Shown: positions 52,201 through 64,000 of the stretch, piece after piece | Layout of the letters: the number at the start of each line of letters is the position of its first letter | Position numbering within the stretch: position 1 is the first letter of the stretch | DNA from: Gnetum montanum | Lineage: Eukaryota; Plantae; Gnetophyta | NCBI GenBank assembly: GCA_015680685.1 | Contig: MNCI01002312.1 | Span: 102,655-166,654 of the forward strand | Length of the DNA stretch: 64,000 bases | Direction of reading: 5' to 3' | Notes under the pieces: model-generated | Told to the model about the DNA's origin: nothing | The model's input: the letters and a program-made list of their open reading frames with translations, nothing else | Databases searched by the model: none | Translations under genes and position numbers: made by a program

Positions 52201-54518
52201 TTTAGAAATTTGAATGAAGCCTCTAAAAAAGACACATATTCACTTTTTAGAATTGATGAGATGTTGATCAAAGTATTGGGATGTCAAGTATACTCTTTCC
52301 TAGATGGTTTTTTATGCTATAATTAGATTTTGATAAATAAGGGTGATAGGTATAAAACAACAGTCATTACCAAGTGGGGAAATTTTTCTTACAAAAGAAT
52401 GCCATTTGGATTATCAAATGCTAGAGCTCCTTTCCAAAGAGCTATGGATTTGGATTTTAAGGATTTAATAGGAAAAATTATCATGATTTATTTAGATGAT
52501 ATTACTATCTATTCAAAGAGGAAGAAAAATCATATTGGCCAACTCCACCAAATTTTTGATAGATGTTGTGAATATAGTATTTCATTAAATCCTAAGAAAT
52601 GTATCTTTGGGGTTAAGTTTGGAAGCTTGTTAGGTCATGTAATTTGTCAAAAATGAATTACTATGGATGATTCCTGAATTTAAGTAGTACAGAAGATTAA
52701 GCATTCAACAAATAAAAGTCTCTTAGATCTTTCTTTGGAAAGATAAATTTTGTTAAGAAACTTATCCTAGGATTAACTGAAATTACTAAAACTTTGATGC
52801 ATATGCTCAATAAAGATGTATCAGTAAAGAAAACACCAAAATCAAAGAAAGCCTTAGTAGAAATTAAAAGGACTATTCAAGAAGCTCCATACTTGGTAAA
52901 GCTAAAATTAAAGGAAGATTTCTAGTTATATGTTTCTACCTCAAATGATTAAATTACTATTGTTTTAACTCAAAGAGACAAAGGTCAAGATGAAGCAATT
53001 GGATTTTTGGATATCATCTTAAGGTTTTGAGCTAAATTATTTTGATTTAGAGAAACAAGAATTCCAAATTTTAAAATCACTTTTATTGTTGGTTTGTATA
53101 ATGTTAATACAACCTATAGTTAAGAAATTTTTGGCTTAAAATGAAATTGGATTAAAATGAGAGAATTGGCTTATAAAACTCCAAGGTTTCAAATTTTCTT
53201 TGGAAGTATGTAGAACTATTAAAGCAATGGGATTAGAAAAGTTAATGAATAAAAAATATGAAACATGTATGTTAAGGATTCACAAAGGAAGTTGGTATGA
53301 GGAAATTCTAGAATTTCTTACTACAAGAAAAGTTCCAAATGAATTTACTGCAAGTTAGAAAAGAGATTTCTTCAAAAAGGTAAATAAATTTGTGGTTAAA
53401 GATGGAATTTTATATATAAAGGACTTCAAAGAAGTTTTTTTGGAATGCATTCATAATAATCAAATTGATCCTATTATAGAACAATTTCATGATCATGCTA
53501 ATCTGTTTTATGAATCTCCTAAGTTCACAATGTAACATATACTTTGCTATGATTTTTATTGGCCTAACATGTACCAAGATAATAGTGCAAAGATTCAAAG
53601 ATGTTATAAATGTTAGATTCATGGATCAAAAATCAAAAAGGCTAGAGCTCCCTTAACACTAATAATTATCAATAGGCCATTTCAACAGTGTAGTTTAGAT
53701 TTCATTGGCACAATTACTCCTTCAAAGGCCAAACATAAATTTATTCTTGTAGCCACTAACTATTTTTCTAAATGATCTAGAGAAAGAGCTTTTAGGAAAA
53801 ATTCAACATTAGATGTAATTAAGTTTTTAAAAGATCAGATTCTAAATTTCTTTGGTATGCCTAAATTTTTGGTTTTTGATAACAGACTTGCTTTTCAATT
53901 CAAAGAGTTTTTAAAATGGGCATAAGAGAAATCCATTTTTTTATTTTATTATTCTAATTATTTTCATTAGGGGAATGGGTTAGTTGAATCTACAAATAAA
54001 AAGTTTATTTCCTATATCAAAAGATCAATGGATGGGAATTTGAAAAATTGAATCAATTACTTGTAATCTACATTTGGAACTGATTGTAACATATTTAAAA
54101 AGGCTATTGGAACATTAACTTATAATTTGGTTTACAGTTTGCCTCCAAGAGTTACAAATAAAATAAAATTATATGGTTGACTTTAGATTTTGTGCATTAT
54201 GACCTTACTTATTAAAAGAGAAGTTGAAAAAGATAAGCTAAAGCTAATTTGTTAAAAAACACTTCTCAAATTAAGATATGGTTTGATAAAAAGACTATAA
54301 AATAAGCTTTTAGGATTGGTGATCTTGTTTTACTATAAAATATGAGATTTAAAAATAATTACAAGAAGTTTTTAGCCAAATGGAGGGGCCCATTCTAGAT
54401 CAAGAAGCAAGTGTCAAGGGATACATACAAACTCTCCACATTAAATGGAATAAAATTAAAGCTTTCATTTAATGCCTTCTACATTAAGAATTACTTTGGG
54501 AAACCACCCACAATGTGA
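49230..54518 (+). pseudogene. gag-pol pseudogene of the Tat element (gag, PR, extra RNase H, RT, RH, INT)
   Basis: gag SITSWDDMK (~49520); PR HNCLVDSR (50701); aRH WKLYFDGS..NNKTKYEAL..EDS (51175-51600); RT KRMPFGLSNA and IYLDD (52390-52500); INT LDFIG and GNGLVESTNK (53695-54000). Confidence 0.9.
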
Positions 54519-55552
54519 TAAAGCTCAAAAATAGGCAAAGTTGTAAATATGTGCATAGCGGGAATTATTAAAAGAATAAATTAGCTAAAATAAAAGCTAT
54601 TATTACATGTTGTGCAAAATAAATAAGTTATAGTGGAGGTCATATAAAGCATGTAAATTAGTTATAGAAGTAGCTGTAGGTTTTAAAAATTGAAATTATA
54701 TAAGGGAGTTACAATTAGCTAGCATTGACAAAAAGGTTTAGCTTCAGTTTTCAACTACGTTAATAGAGAAATTCAATTCCATTTTTCAATTAAAGTGAGC
54801 TTAGCAAATGGCAGTTAAAAGGCCTTTTATTCCACAAATGATTGGCTACTATCCAAAACACATTTTAAGGGGTTTTTACAAGGCAAAAGCTCATGGGACT
54901 TACCATGATAGCCCTTTCCTACTTTAGCTTATAGCCAAATTTAGCTTCCTCACTAGTGATCACTCTATTCATTCCAATATTTGGAGCGAATTTTCCCGAT
55001 ATGTAGTAAATGCTAAGCTTCAAGAAGAGCTTGACTATGATGATTCCTAGGAAGAAGCTTTCATTTCCTAGGACACTGAGGAAACTAGCTATGAGGAGCA
55101 TCACAAGTCAATAATGGAGAAACTAGTTGAAAAAGGGAAGGAGATAATTTTGGGTAATAATATTGTAAAGGATAATGTGAGGGTTGAAGAAGTGGGAGTA
55201 CCAATAAAACAAGAGAAAGAAAAGAAAGCTTAGATTACAACAAGAATTAAGTATAATAGAATCCAAGATAAGAGAATTCCTAAGAGAGTTACTTTCACCT
55301 TTCTCTTTCCTTCTTCTGAGTAGCTTATGGTATGGCTTCACATGTACAATTTTCATTTCTATTTCTTAGGAATGGGGCTTTTATACCAACAAGCCTTAAG
55401 TTTGATGGAAATTTTCCTCTAAAAAGATTTACTATTTTTCACTATAAAAAGTCCAATAAAAAGCTTTAGATACAATTAAACTCATAGAGTATTTTTTTAG
55501 TTTAAATTGTGTCTTTGATAATTTCTTTAAGAATTTTAAGAAAGATAAGAAA

Positions 55553-56512
55553 TGTTGGTACATTTCCAACCATTTTATGGAGTAGAATTTATAAGGTTGT
55601 AGCACTACAAGTAAATTATTACCAAAAATAATGAAGAGCTTAAGATTGAAAAGAGATTCCATGCTAAAAGAAGAGAGGATTCCTAAGCTAAAGAGCTATG
55701 GAGGTATTAAAATTTGAATGATGGTATATGTTCCTTGAAGTGTTTCTAGATGCCCATGCAATAAGCCAAAAAAGATCTTTAGAATAATAGCTTTTGTAGA
55801 CTATATAATATAATTGAACAAGCAAGCTTACCTTATTACTTTAAAATAAAAGCTTCAATTCCAGTTCATTTTTACCTCTAACACACAAGCTATTGTTCAA
55901 TTAAAGTCCTAAAATTGGAAAAAGAATGAGATGAGCCATGCTAAGACTAATAGAAGTAGAAACTATTTTAGCCATGGAAAACCTTGTGATAAAAAGCTTC
56001 ATTGCATTGAATTTAAACATAATAATCCCATTATTTGCAGCTTATTTTGCTTTTGATCCTACCATTAGCTCCTTACAATAAGGATCCAGGATCATGAAGG
56101 CAAAGAAGGATTAGCAAAGATATTTAAGCTTCAAAAAAGAAAGGAAAGGAAGCTACATAAGCTATTATCAAAGTATCTAATTTATTAGAAGCATTATGAT
56201 CATAATGGCTTAAAGAATAACTTAGCACAATACATTACCTCACAAGCTATTTCAATCAAGCCTTGGTATGGAGACTTTAGATATATGATGAAAAGTCTAA
56301 GCTACAATATTGCATGTAATAAGAAGAAAAAACATCTTGTAAGCTTTGTGGAATTGATCTAATGAAGATCTTTTGGACATTTAAGGATTCTCATCTATAT
56401 GAGATTCATTGATGTAGTTGCTTCAAAGCTCTTCTTGATTTTTCGACACCACATCAACTTTGCTACATATCATCTTTTCACATCATCTTCTCTTCATATT
56501 AGCACATTTTAG
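55553..56512 (+). repeat. 3' LTR of the Tat element (first ~960 bp only)
   Basis: Preceded by purine tract aagaaagataagaaa; direct repeat of 30485-31440. Confidence 0.85.
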
Positions 56513-56978
56513 TGCATAGAAAATTTGATCATTGGAAATCCAAAAATCCTAGGTTGCAGTAACCTACCCTTGAATCCCAAGGGTCTCCAAAAATAATATT
56601 CAAGGTGCTCTAGATGGTCTTATCAATCACCCAAGTGCTCTAAATGAAATGAAAATAAAAATAGAATGACATATTTAAAAGAAAATACATTATCACATAA
56701 TTAAAATTGAAAATAAATCTACATGACAACGAACCTAAAAAATTTAATAAACCAAAGTGTAAAGTCCAAAAAGTACATATGGGCACTCAAAGGAAAAGAA
56801 GCTTGAATGAAGCTTGAATGACGCTTGAAGCCTGTTGGAGCTAGTAGATTGTGTTCTATAGTTGATCTCCATGGTTTAGGTACTTCCTGAAACACCATCA
56901 ATTTTAGGGCTCCCATGATTCATCATAATCCCAAAATTTGGGTAAGGATCTCTACAAGCATAGTGTCACACTAAACTA

Positions 56979-57161
56979 TGGGGCATAGCAACCCTATCAG
57001 TGCGGGGCATAGCAACCCTATCAGTGTAGTAGTTCCTGCACTATCCACTACGTTACACTATCTACTGCGTTACACTGTCCACTACATTATGCTATCTACT
57101 GTGTTATGCTATTCACTACGTTACGCCATCCACCATGATATGCTACCCATTGTGTTACATT
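56979..57161 (+). repeat. Leader minisatellites: 24-bp unit x2, then 17-bp unit x7
   Basis: ggggcatagcaaccctatcagtg occurs twice; atccactacgttacact variants run from 57043 to 57161. Confidence 0.85.
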
Positions 57162-57369
57162 GCCTATGTCCTATGTGGCAAAGAAGCCCTATCAACATAG
57201 CAAGTGTAACAATGAAGGAAACCAGTTTCCAATACTTCCAAGTGTACCAAGTTTTAGCCTACCTCTCTTATAGTTTGCAACTATTGCGTACACATATCTT
57301 TCTTGTTTCTATTTTTTTCATAACAAAAAAATGAATCCTATTATCACTGTATTTTCTACTTGAGTTTGT

Positions 57370-60073
57370 AGGTGCCTCACTTTGTTCCATCCATGATAGA
57401 TTTCGAGTGACCACCCAACCCACCATAGGTACTGCGGTAGTCCCTTAGACTACGATAGCAATCCCCTAAATGTTTACTCCAAGATGAAGAGTGATATAAT
57501 TTTCTGTGTGCAAATTAGACTGTCCGCACTTAGGAGTGATATAATTTTCTTGACAGTCTAATGGTAGATTCACTCTTCATCAAGTAAGTAGATCAAGAGA
57601 ATGGGACACAACATCTCACTATGAGGAACTGTTTCAGAATGGGTTTGTGTATTTTCCATGTCCTTGAAGGGTAAAGCCTTGGACTGGTACCACGTGCTTC
57701 CCCGTGCCTCAATCTCAACATTGGAGGAACTGTTAAGCTAGTTTGTGACTTGCTTTAAGTACAAACTAAAGCTAGAAGTCACTTTGGATCAACTTATGAG
57801 CATTAAATAAGAGCCACTAGAATTTGTGCAAAAGTTCATACAACGATGGAGTGCTACCCTAAATGAAATTTGTTAACTAATTGGTAAATGATTTCAAATG
57901 TGCAATAAATGATTTCATTAAATCCAAATTATAATATTTGGCTCCACATCCACATTCCCTTAGTTCGGCCTTCGCTCAAACCAAGAGTATCCAAGATGTA
58001 GCGAGGGCTAGTAGGGATCCAGCCTATGTAGTATATAAAAATGCACACACAAAGAAGGACAAGGAGAGAGGAAAAACCACAACAACCACAATGGTTATTG
58101 TAGCCCATGAAACCATCAAGGGTAAATAGAAGGATAAAGCATCTAAAAATCATTCCACAACCAACATAGCACTAGACCCTAGCAGCACTAGGCAACCTTC
58201 AACCTTAGCAATTACTACCCAAACTTTGGTAAGGCCAAACTTTGAGCACAAGGATCGTTCAAAGTATACTCCCTTACCAATCAAGCCATTTGAGCTTCTA
58301 AAATAATTTCTTGGAGCTTGGCACATTCAACAAAGATTGATGTTAGATGAGGCTCTTAAATTTCATTATAGGTACTATGAAATCCTCTATGACCCCTCCA
58401 TGGTTGCGCCTAATGGCCCACCAGTACCTAAGAATCTTAGACTTGAACGCTTCTGTGATTATCATCAAGTGTGTGGGCATGAAACAGACTATTTCTTGGG
58501 AGTAAAATATGATATCCAATGAATGATCAATTAGGGTAAGCTTGTGTTATATGAGAGTAATCCTTTCCAAACTAAAAACAAATCGATGCATGTTTACAAA
58601 GACCCTCTAAATGCTAAGAACACAGGTTACAATATCAATGTCATTGGCATTAACTACAAAGTAGACTTGCAACATGAGCCATTTGTGGTTCGTGTACATT
58701 CCCTCAATCCTCAAGAATTAACAACAATCACTTTGCAAATCTTGTTTTTCATTAAAGTCCCTCCTTAGACATCGGTCCCACCTTTTTTGCTTAACACTAC
58801 ATCACCTACTACCACAACAACTAAAGCACCTTTTGTTATCAAGGTGCTCAAGGATATGGCTTCCTCTGCAACCCAAGGTCCAATGATAAGAACTACATCA
58901 CAATGTTCCCATCCAAGGAAACGTGAAAATCACTTAGTAGACAAGTTGGCTAGAGAGTGCACTACGTTGGGCCCCCCTAAGCCCACCCCTCTATCAGCCG
59001 TTCCCATGACTTCATCATCGAAGGCTATAGGTAACATGCGACAAGCGCCCTATGAGCCAATGAAACTTATCATTCAATCTAAACCCACTCCTCCATAGGA
59101 AATTCACCTTTTAGGACATAGAAGAAGCAAAGATAAACAAATAACTAGATAATGAACAAGATTTCTTAGATGCGCTTTCACAAGTAAAATAGGATTCAAA
59201 GAAAAAGAATACAATGTTAAGATTATATGACCTAGTAATGACTTCTATGGTGCATCATGAGGCCTTGGTTCACATGTTAGCATCCATTCCTATTAACAAA
59301 AACATGCCAGCTAAGAAGAAAGCTATCCATGCAGTTATGCTTCCCCCTATGGTTGAAGAACCATGGCCAACCCAATTTACATTTCAAGACAAGGCCATCA
59401 AAGATGACCTTGAAAGGGTCAAGTAACCACAACCCCCATGTTTATCATGATTTGGGTGGGTCAATACAAATTTTGCAGAGTACATGTTGATGACGGGACT
59501 GCTACTAACGTGATCCTGTTTCCCATTGTTGACAAGTTGGTACTGGTAGATTAAATCAAGCTTACAATAACTTCCTATCTAAAATAATTTAATGAAGCAT
59601 GTGTCATACTCAAAGGCATTATTAACACCAAATTTGTGGTGAGGGACTAGTTTCCCACCAACGTAGAATTCATTGTGGTGGAGGAGATGCCTAGGTTCAA
59701 CTTCATCTTGGGGAGATCATGGTTAGCCCAATTAAGAGTAGTCTCCTCATCCTTACACCAAGAAATCCACCTACCCTACATAGATAGAGAAGTGATGATA
59801 TTTGGTGATGAAATAGTCCCCCAAGCTATAAATAATATAGACATAGAACAAGGGTTAGAGATAGAAATCTCTGAAAACCCATCACCCATCTACAATGAAG
59901 CCCCATGTTCAACAGATGAGCTGCCCAAAGCTGCAAACTTAGACCAGGAAACCACTTGGGCTAAGTTGCCTTTCCAAATAGCAAATGACAACATAGAGGA
60001 ATATCATCACAAAGCTTCTCATCCATACACTCTACCTAGTGCACAATGGGTTAGGAAACAATTGTGTAACTAA
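57370..60073 (+). pseudogene. gag-protease pseudogene, Ogre/Tat-like
   Basis: ORF fragments 58337-58522 and 59675-60073 carry gag C-x2-H-x3-GH and protease motifs. Confidence 0.8.
57484..57580. other. 97-bp foldback insertion (MITE-like) in gag
   Basis: ATGAAGAGTGA...TCACTCTTCAT terminal inverted repeat, inner ATTAGACTGTC/GACAGTCTAAT pair, flanked by CAAG/CAAG. Confidence 0.6.
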
Positions 60074-60439
60074 AGACTATCTCTAATTCAATTCCATGAA
60101 TGCTTGGACTTAATACTCCTGTTCTTTTTGATTTCACATTATGTTCACTATTTGCATTATGTCCATTATTTGTATTAATTATCTTAGGATGGCCTGGAAT
60201 GGCCTTAAACTATCGCCATGGCCTACTAAGGCCTAAAACTGGCAACCGACCCTTGGAAGTTACATTGCGATGGCCCAAAATGTCCTTAAACTAGAACAAG
60301 GGACCCATAAGGATTTCAAGCACATTAATAAAATACTAACCAAAACAAAATGAAATAATTGTTTCACTTTTTACTCTTCATTAAATTTGAAGTCCATACA
60401 ATAAGGGTTACAAAAAATAAAATATAGAAACAAAATTAA

Positions 60440-63400
60440 CATCTTTGTCCACCACGCTACAAGCCTTCACCAACATCTTCATATCTTGTTCCACTAGGTC
60501 CTGCACCTCCATTTGGATCCTACATAAAGAAAAAATAAAATAATGAATCGAATTACAATAAGGCTCTCATGAAATAGACTTTGATACAATAAAGAATGGC
60601 TAACCTGAGACAAGACCAAGTCCATCTTGTAGGGTATCTTGTCCATGCTAGCTGTTAGACATTGTAGAATCTCCTCCTTGATTAGGTTGGCCCAATCTTC
60701 CTCCCCCAGGTGAACGCTTACCACAACTTTCCCCTTCTCCACAACCATCCATCTGGGTGGCCCCAAAGAAATAGTGGTAGTAGTGGTCTCCCTAGAAGGT
60801 AAGGTCATTTCTCTTTTGGAAGACTCACTAACCACTACATGTTGCGTAAATTTTTCATAGGCCTTAGCAACACCAATCACATCAAGAAATAACTTATGGG
60901 TATGCAACTCAACAGAAGCATCTCAATATTTCCAACAGTAGGCAGCATGTTCCATTTGGTACATGTGCTTATGCTTCTTTTATGCTTGACCCCATTCATA
61001 CACTTTGGTGCTATAGTCCTTCTAGTCTTGGTTTTTCTAGGCCAATAGGTTCATCTACAAGTGTTGCTCAATAATCTCACAAGTGGCCTCGTTCTTACCC
61101 TGTACGGCTGACCAGTATCTTGCATAATCAATTATAGCCATATAGCAGTTGCCATTGGAGGCATCATGAGCCATCAAAAATTCATTTTGTGACCGTAGAT
61201 CCTCCAACTCAACTACTTGGCTAGCTTTCTCCTTTTCCAACTTTTGAACCCACTTCCAGAGATCCTTATTGACGTGTCTACACTCCCACAATGATCATGT
61301 TGAATAGAGCGCACATTTGCTTATTTCCTCATATACATCACGAGGCTCCTTGGTCACCTCTAGTGGGAGTTTAGGCACAATGTCAACCTCAACCACCTGT
61401 CTGGGGTTCCACTTAAGACAAGAATATGTCAATCACACATGAGAAAGCATTAGTCATTGGATGATGGAAAAAATGCAATAACTTAGAGAGCCCAACATTG
61501 TAAGTTGAACACACCTATTTCAAGGTTAATCTACTTTAGGGAATCAATCATTTCATCAACCACCACCTCCATAAAGGTAAATTTGTTTGGGGTCTCAGTC
61601 CATGGTTGGAGGTGGATTGAAGAAGAAGAATCAGGGGCATTAATAGTAGTGTCCTCTGCACAAAAAAGCATGTTAGCTTAGCAAAGAAGAGAAAAAAACT
61701 GAAAAATAACTTAAATGATAGTAAAAAGCTCCTACCCAGCAAACCCTTAGGGGTGAGAGTAGGGGGATCATCCATTGGCACACTGTCAAGCAAATGGTCA
61801 AACTCACTGGCATCAAAATGTAGCCCTCCCCCCTCTAGCTAACTCAATAATGTAGTGGCATGTTCAACCATCATATGCCTCTCAGGTACTAGGGCACACT
61901 CTGTGAAAGGATCATTGGTAGTAGGGGTCTCTTCCTCTATGGCATGGGCCTCCTCCTCTACAGCCGAGGCCTCTTCTTCTTCTACAGCAGGGGCCCCTAC
62001 ATTAGGGGCCAAAACTTCTTGTTCTTCTTCTATTAAACATGTCTAAAGTAAGAAAGCTAGTGTAACAAAAAATAGGAGGGATAACTAATGAGATAATTAA
62101 ACATACTTACCAACTGTGGGCTGCACTTTACAGAACTTGATCTGTAACTTTCTACCTCTTTCTTCACTAGTGCATGGAGCCTCTTCCATGGGATGAGACT
62201 TCTTACACTACAACCTTGATTTCACTACTTCAGCAATGAGATGTGCCCCCCTTAGAACATTATCTATGTTAGCGGGAGGCACCTCTCCAACATTGTCTAG
62301 TGTACAAAAGGGACATACCACCTGATCCTTCATCGTTATTGAAAGAGACCCCCCAATAGCATCTAGGGGGTCTTGGGATCAAGTGGTGCAAAATACTTGG
62401 TAGATCCATGGTTTGGATATCTAGGTGTGATCCTGCTGCACCCAGATGTCATTCTCTTGGACCACCAATAATTTTTCAAACCATTTTAGATAGGCTATGA
62501 AGAAGGTGAAGTGTACATTGAAACATGCATCAAGCTTCTCATGAAGCTTAACCATTTCAGCCCGCAAGCCTTTGGAAAGGTACTTGGCCTAATTATAGAA
62601 AGTCTCTTCTTCCATAACATTCATCAACATCCAAGCCTACTCTACTTTAAGATTTTTCCATTGGAAGAGTAGCTTGGGGAAGGCACAAGCCCAAAAGATA
62701 GGGTAAATCTTTTGGGCTACCCCAAGCCTAACCTTATGCATATAAATCCCCTTTTGGTCCTTGCTCGTTGCTAGCCATTCTTCTATGTCCCCTTGAAGGT
62801 TTACATCCTTGCTAGTCTTATCCCATATAGGTAGACCATTAGAGGGAATATCGAAGAGATCAGCAAAAAGGTTGTTAGTAATTTCAAACACCACTTGCAC
62901 ATTGTGAACCCATGTGTAGAAGCAGTAAGCCTTTTCAGAAAAAAGAATCGACTATGGAGAGCATTTCTATAGCTAGGACACTTGGATTTATTGCTAAGAA
63001 TAAATTCATGAGCCCAGCCTCCTAAACATTATAAACAAGGATGGCTGGGGCCCCATTGCATAGCCAATGTTGTGTCTCATCCACCTCCCCATATTTGATG
63101 AAGAGGTTAGTTTTTTCTCGTCTAGAGGTGATTACTATAACCTCTTGGGATTTCCTTGCTACTGCAGCAATCAATGAAAAAATTAACAAAACAAGAAAAC
63201 AAAACCAAACACTTGAACACTTAAAAAAATGCATAATCTAACACACCAAGTATGAATGGTGTGGGAAATGGTGGGATTTCCACTAGGACGTCCTCCACGG
63301 TAAGTGCTCGGTGGGATGCCCATTCGCTATCCAACGACCTAAGTTATTCACATTTCACATAGAACTTGGCATACTTGGCTGGATAGGTTCTAAAATTGGC

Positions 63401-64000
63401 CCCAAGCTATTCTATGATATTGGAGCACATGTTCCTGGTAGAGGAGAACTCCTATAAGGCTGTTTGGGCTAATGCTAATGTTCCCTCGTGATCATGAAGA
63501 CCATCCTTGTCAATTACAAACTTGGTAACATATAGAATACAATAAGCACTTTAATTATGCAAGAGAAATGATACAACATGTCTAAAGAATCTTCATAGGA
63601 CCCATCCGTTGGCACAGTAGATGGTTCCAAGTGGATTCTGGAAGAAAGTGCCCATGTGATGGGCAATGAACAATGTGCTGTATTTATGATAGCATTTAAA
63701 TTTGGGCATGGCCCAAATCCAACATAAGCATCTTAAGCCTATTGGGCACTGATTTGAGTCTTCTACCCCTTCACCTTCAATTGACCCATCAGCCATAAAC
63801 ATCAAAATGCCTCGGTCTGCCCTAGGCAACAATGTTTCAATAAGAACAACAACTACCTCGGCCAACAAGTGTGACCACACTATCACACTGAAGTGGCAAA
63901 GGAGGAACTCTAGGAATTCCTGTGCACCTTCTTGGAACCAGACCACCTGATCCCCTACCCATGCATGGGGAAGGGGGGACGTTGGCCATGGGTGCACTCA
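60440..64000 (-). pseudogene. Multi-exon antisense ORF: FCP1/NIF-like phosphatase domain, plant-transposon domain and coiled coil; runs off the window
   Basis: VVWFQEGAQEFLEFLLCHFSVIVWS..YSTLFIAH..FFQNPLGT (63593-63997); FEITNNLFADLFDIPSNG and FYN*AKYLSKGL (62570-62900). GT-AG introns at 63246-63162, 62110-62043, 61735-61656 and 60604-60520. Confidence 0.7.

Larger units (their letters stand above)
30485..56512 (+). mobile_element. Tat-type Ty3/Gypsy element with long LTRs and PR-aRH-RT-RH-INT pol; 5' LTR interrupted by copy C, 3' LTR interrupted or truncated at ~56512
   Basis: 30485-31440 is a direct repeat of 55553-56506, both starting TGTT. 5' LTR ends GTCGTCAATA at 48967, followed by the PBS and gag-pol at 49230-54518. 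Confidence 0.85.
56513..64000 (+). mobile_element. Ogre/Tat-like Gypsy derivative (putative LTR 56513-56956, gag-PR, no RT in window, antisense ORF)
   Basis: tgcataga...tctctaca termini; gag WYHVLPRASISTLEEL and FCDYHQVCGHETD; protease VHVDDGTATNV and FNFILGRSWL..SSLHQ. Confidence 0.7.

Noticed and set aside
314-56916. Numerous short 60-130 aa ORFs antisense to or within TEs
   Set aside because: Shadow frames of decayed TE sequence with no independent evidence.

Overview
Eukaryotic (plant, most likely a large gymnosperm- or fern-type genome) heterochromatic window made almost entirely of old, nested, CG/CHG-decayed retrotransposons; no intact host gene is present. It holds four related Athila-type Ty3/Gypsy copies (two complete with TSDs: 4248-18322 and 32823-47890), each with a long extra ORF after pol. 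It also holds a Tat-type Gypsy with ~3.4-kb LTRs and an extra RNase H between protease and RT (30485-56512), an Ogre/Tat-like derivative (56513-64000) carrying a spliced antisense gene with an FCP1/NIF-phosphatase-like domain, and LINE, SIRE-like and Copia-like remnants. The standout is a young, CpG-retaining solo LTR (34017-37299, minus strand, perfect ATCCT TSD). Its termini, TATA box and U5 match the resident Tat LTR family, but its U3 is a mosaic of host gene fragments: an intronless M1 aminopeptidase, FAS1/CAF-1 p150, a PPR-like motif and an unidentified GC-rich piece. All identifications were made by eye from recalled motifs, not database searches.
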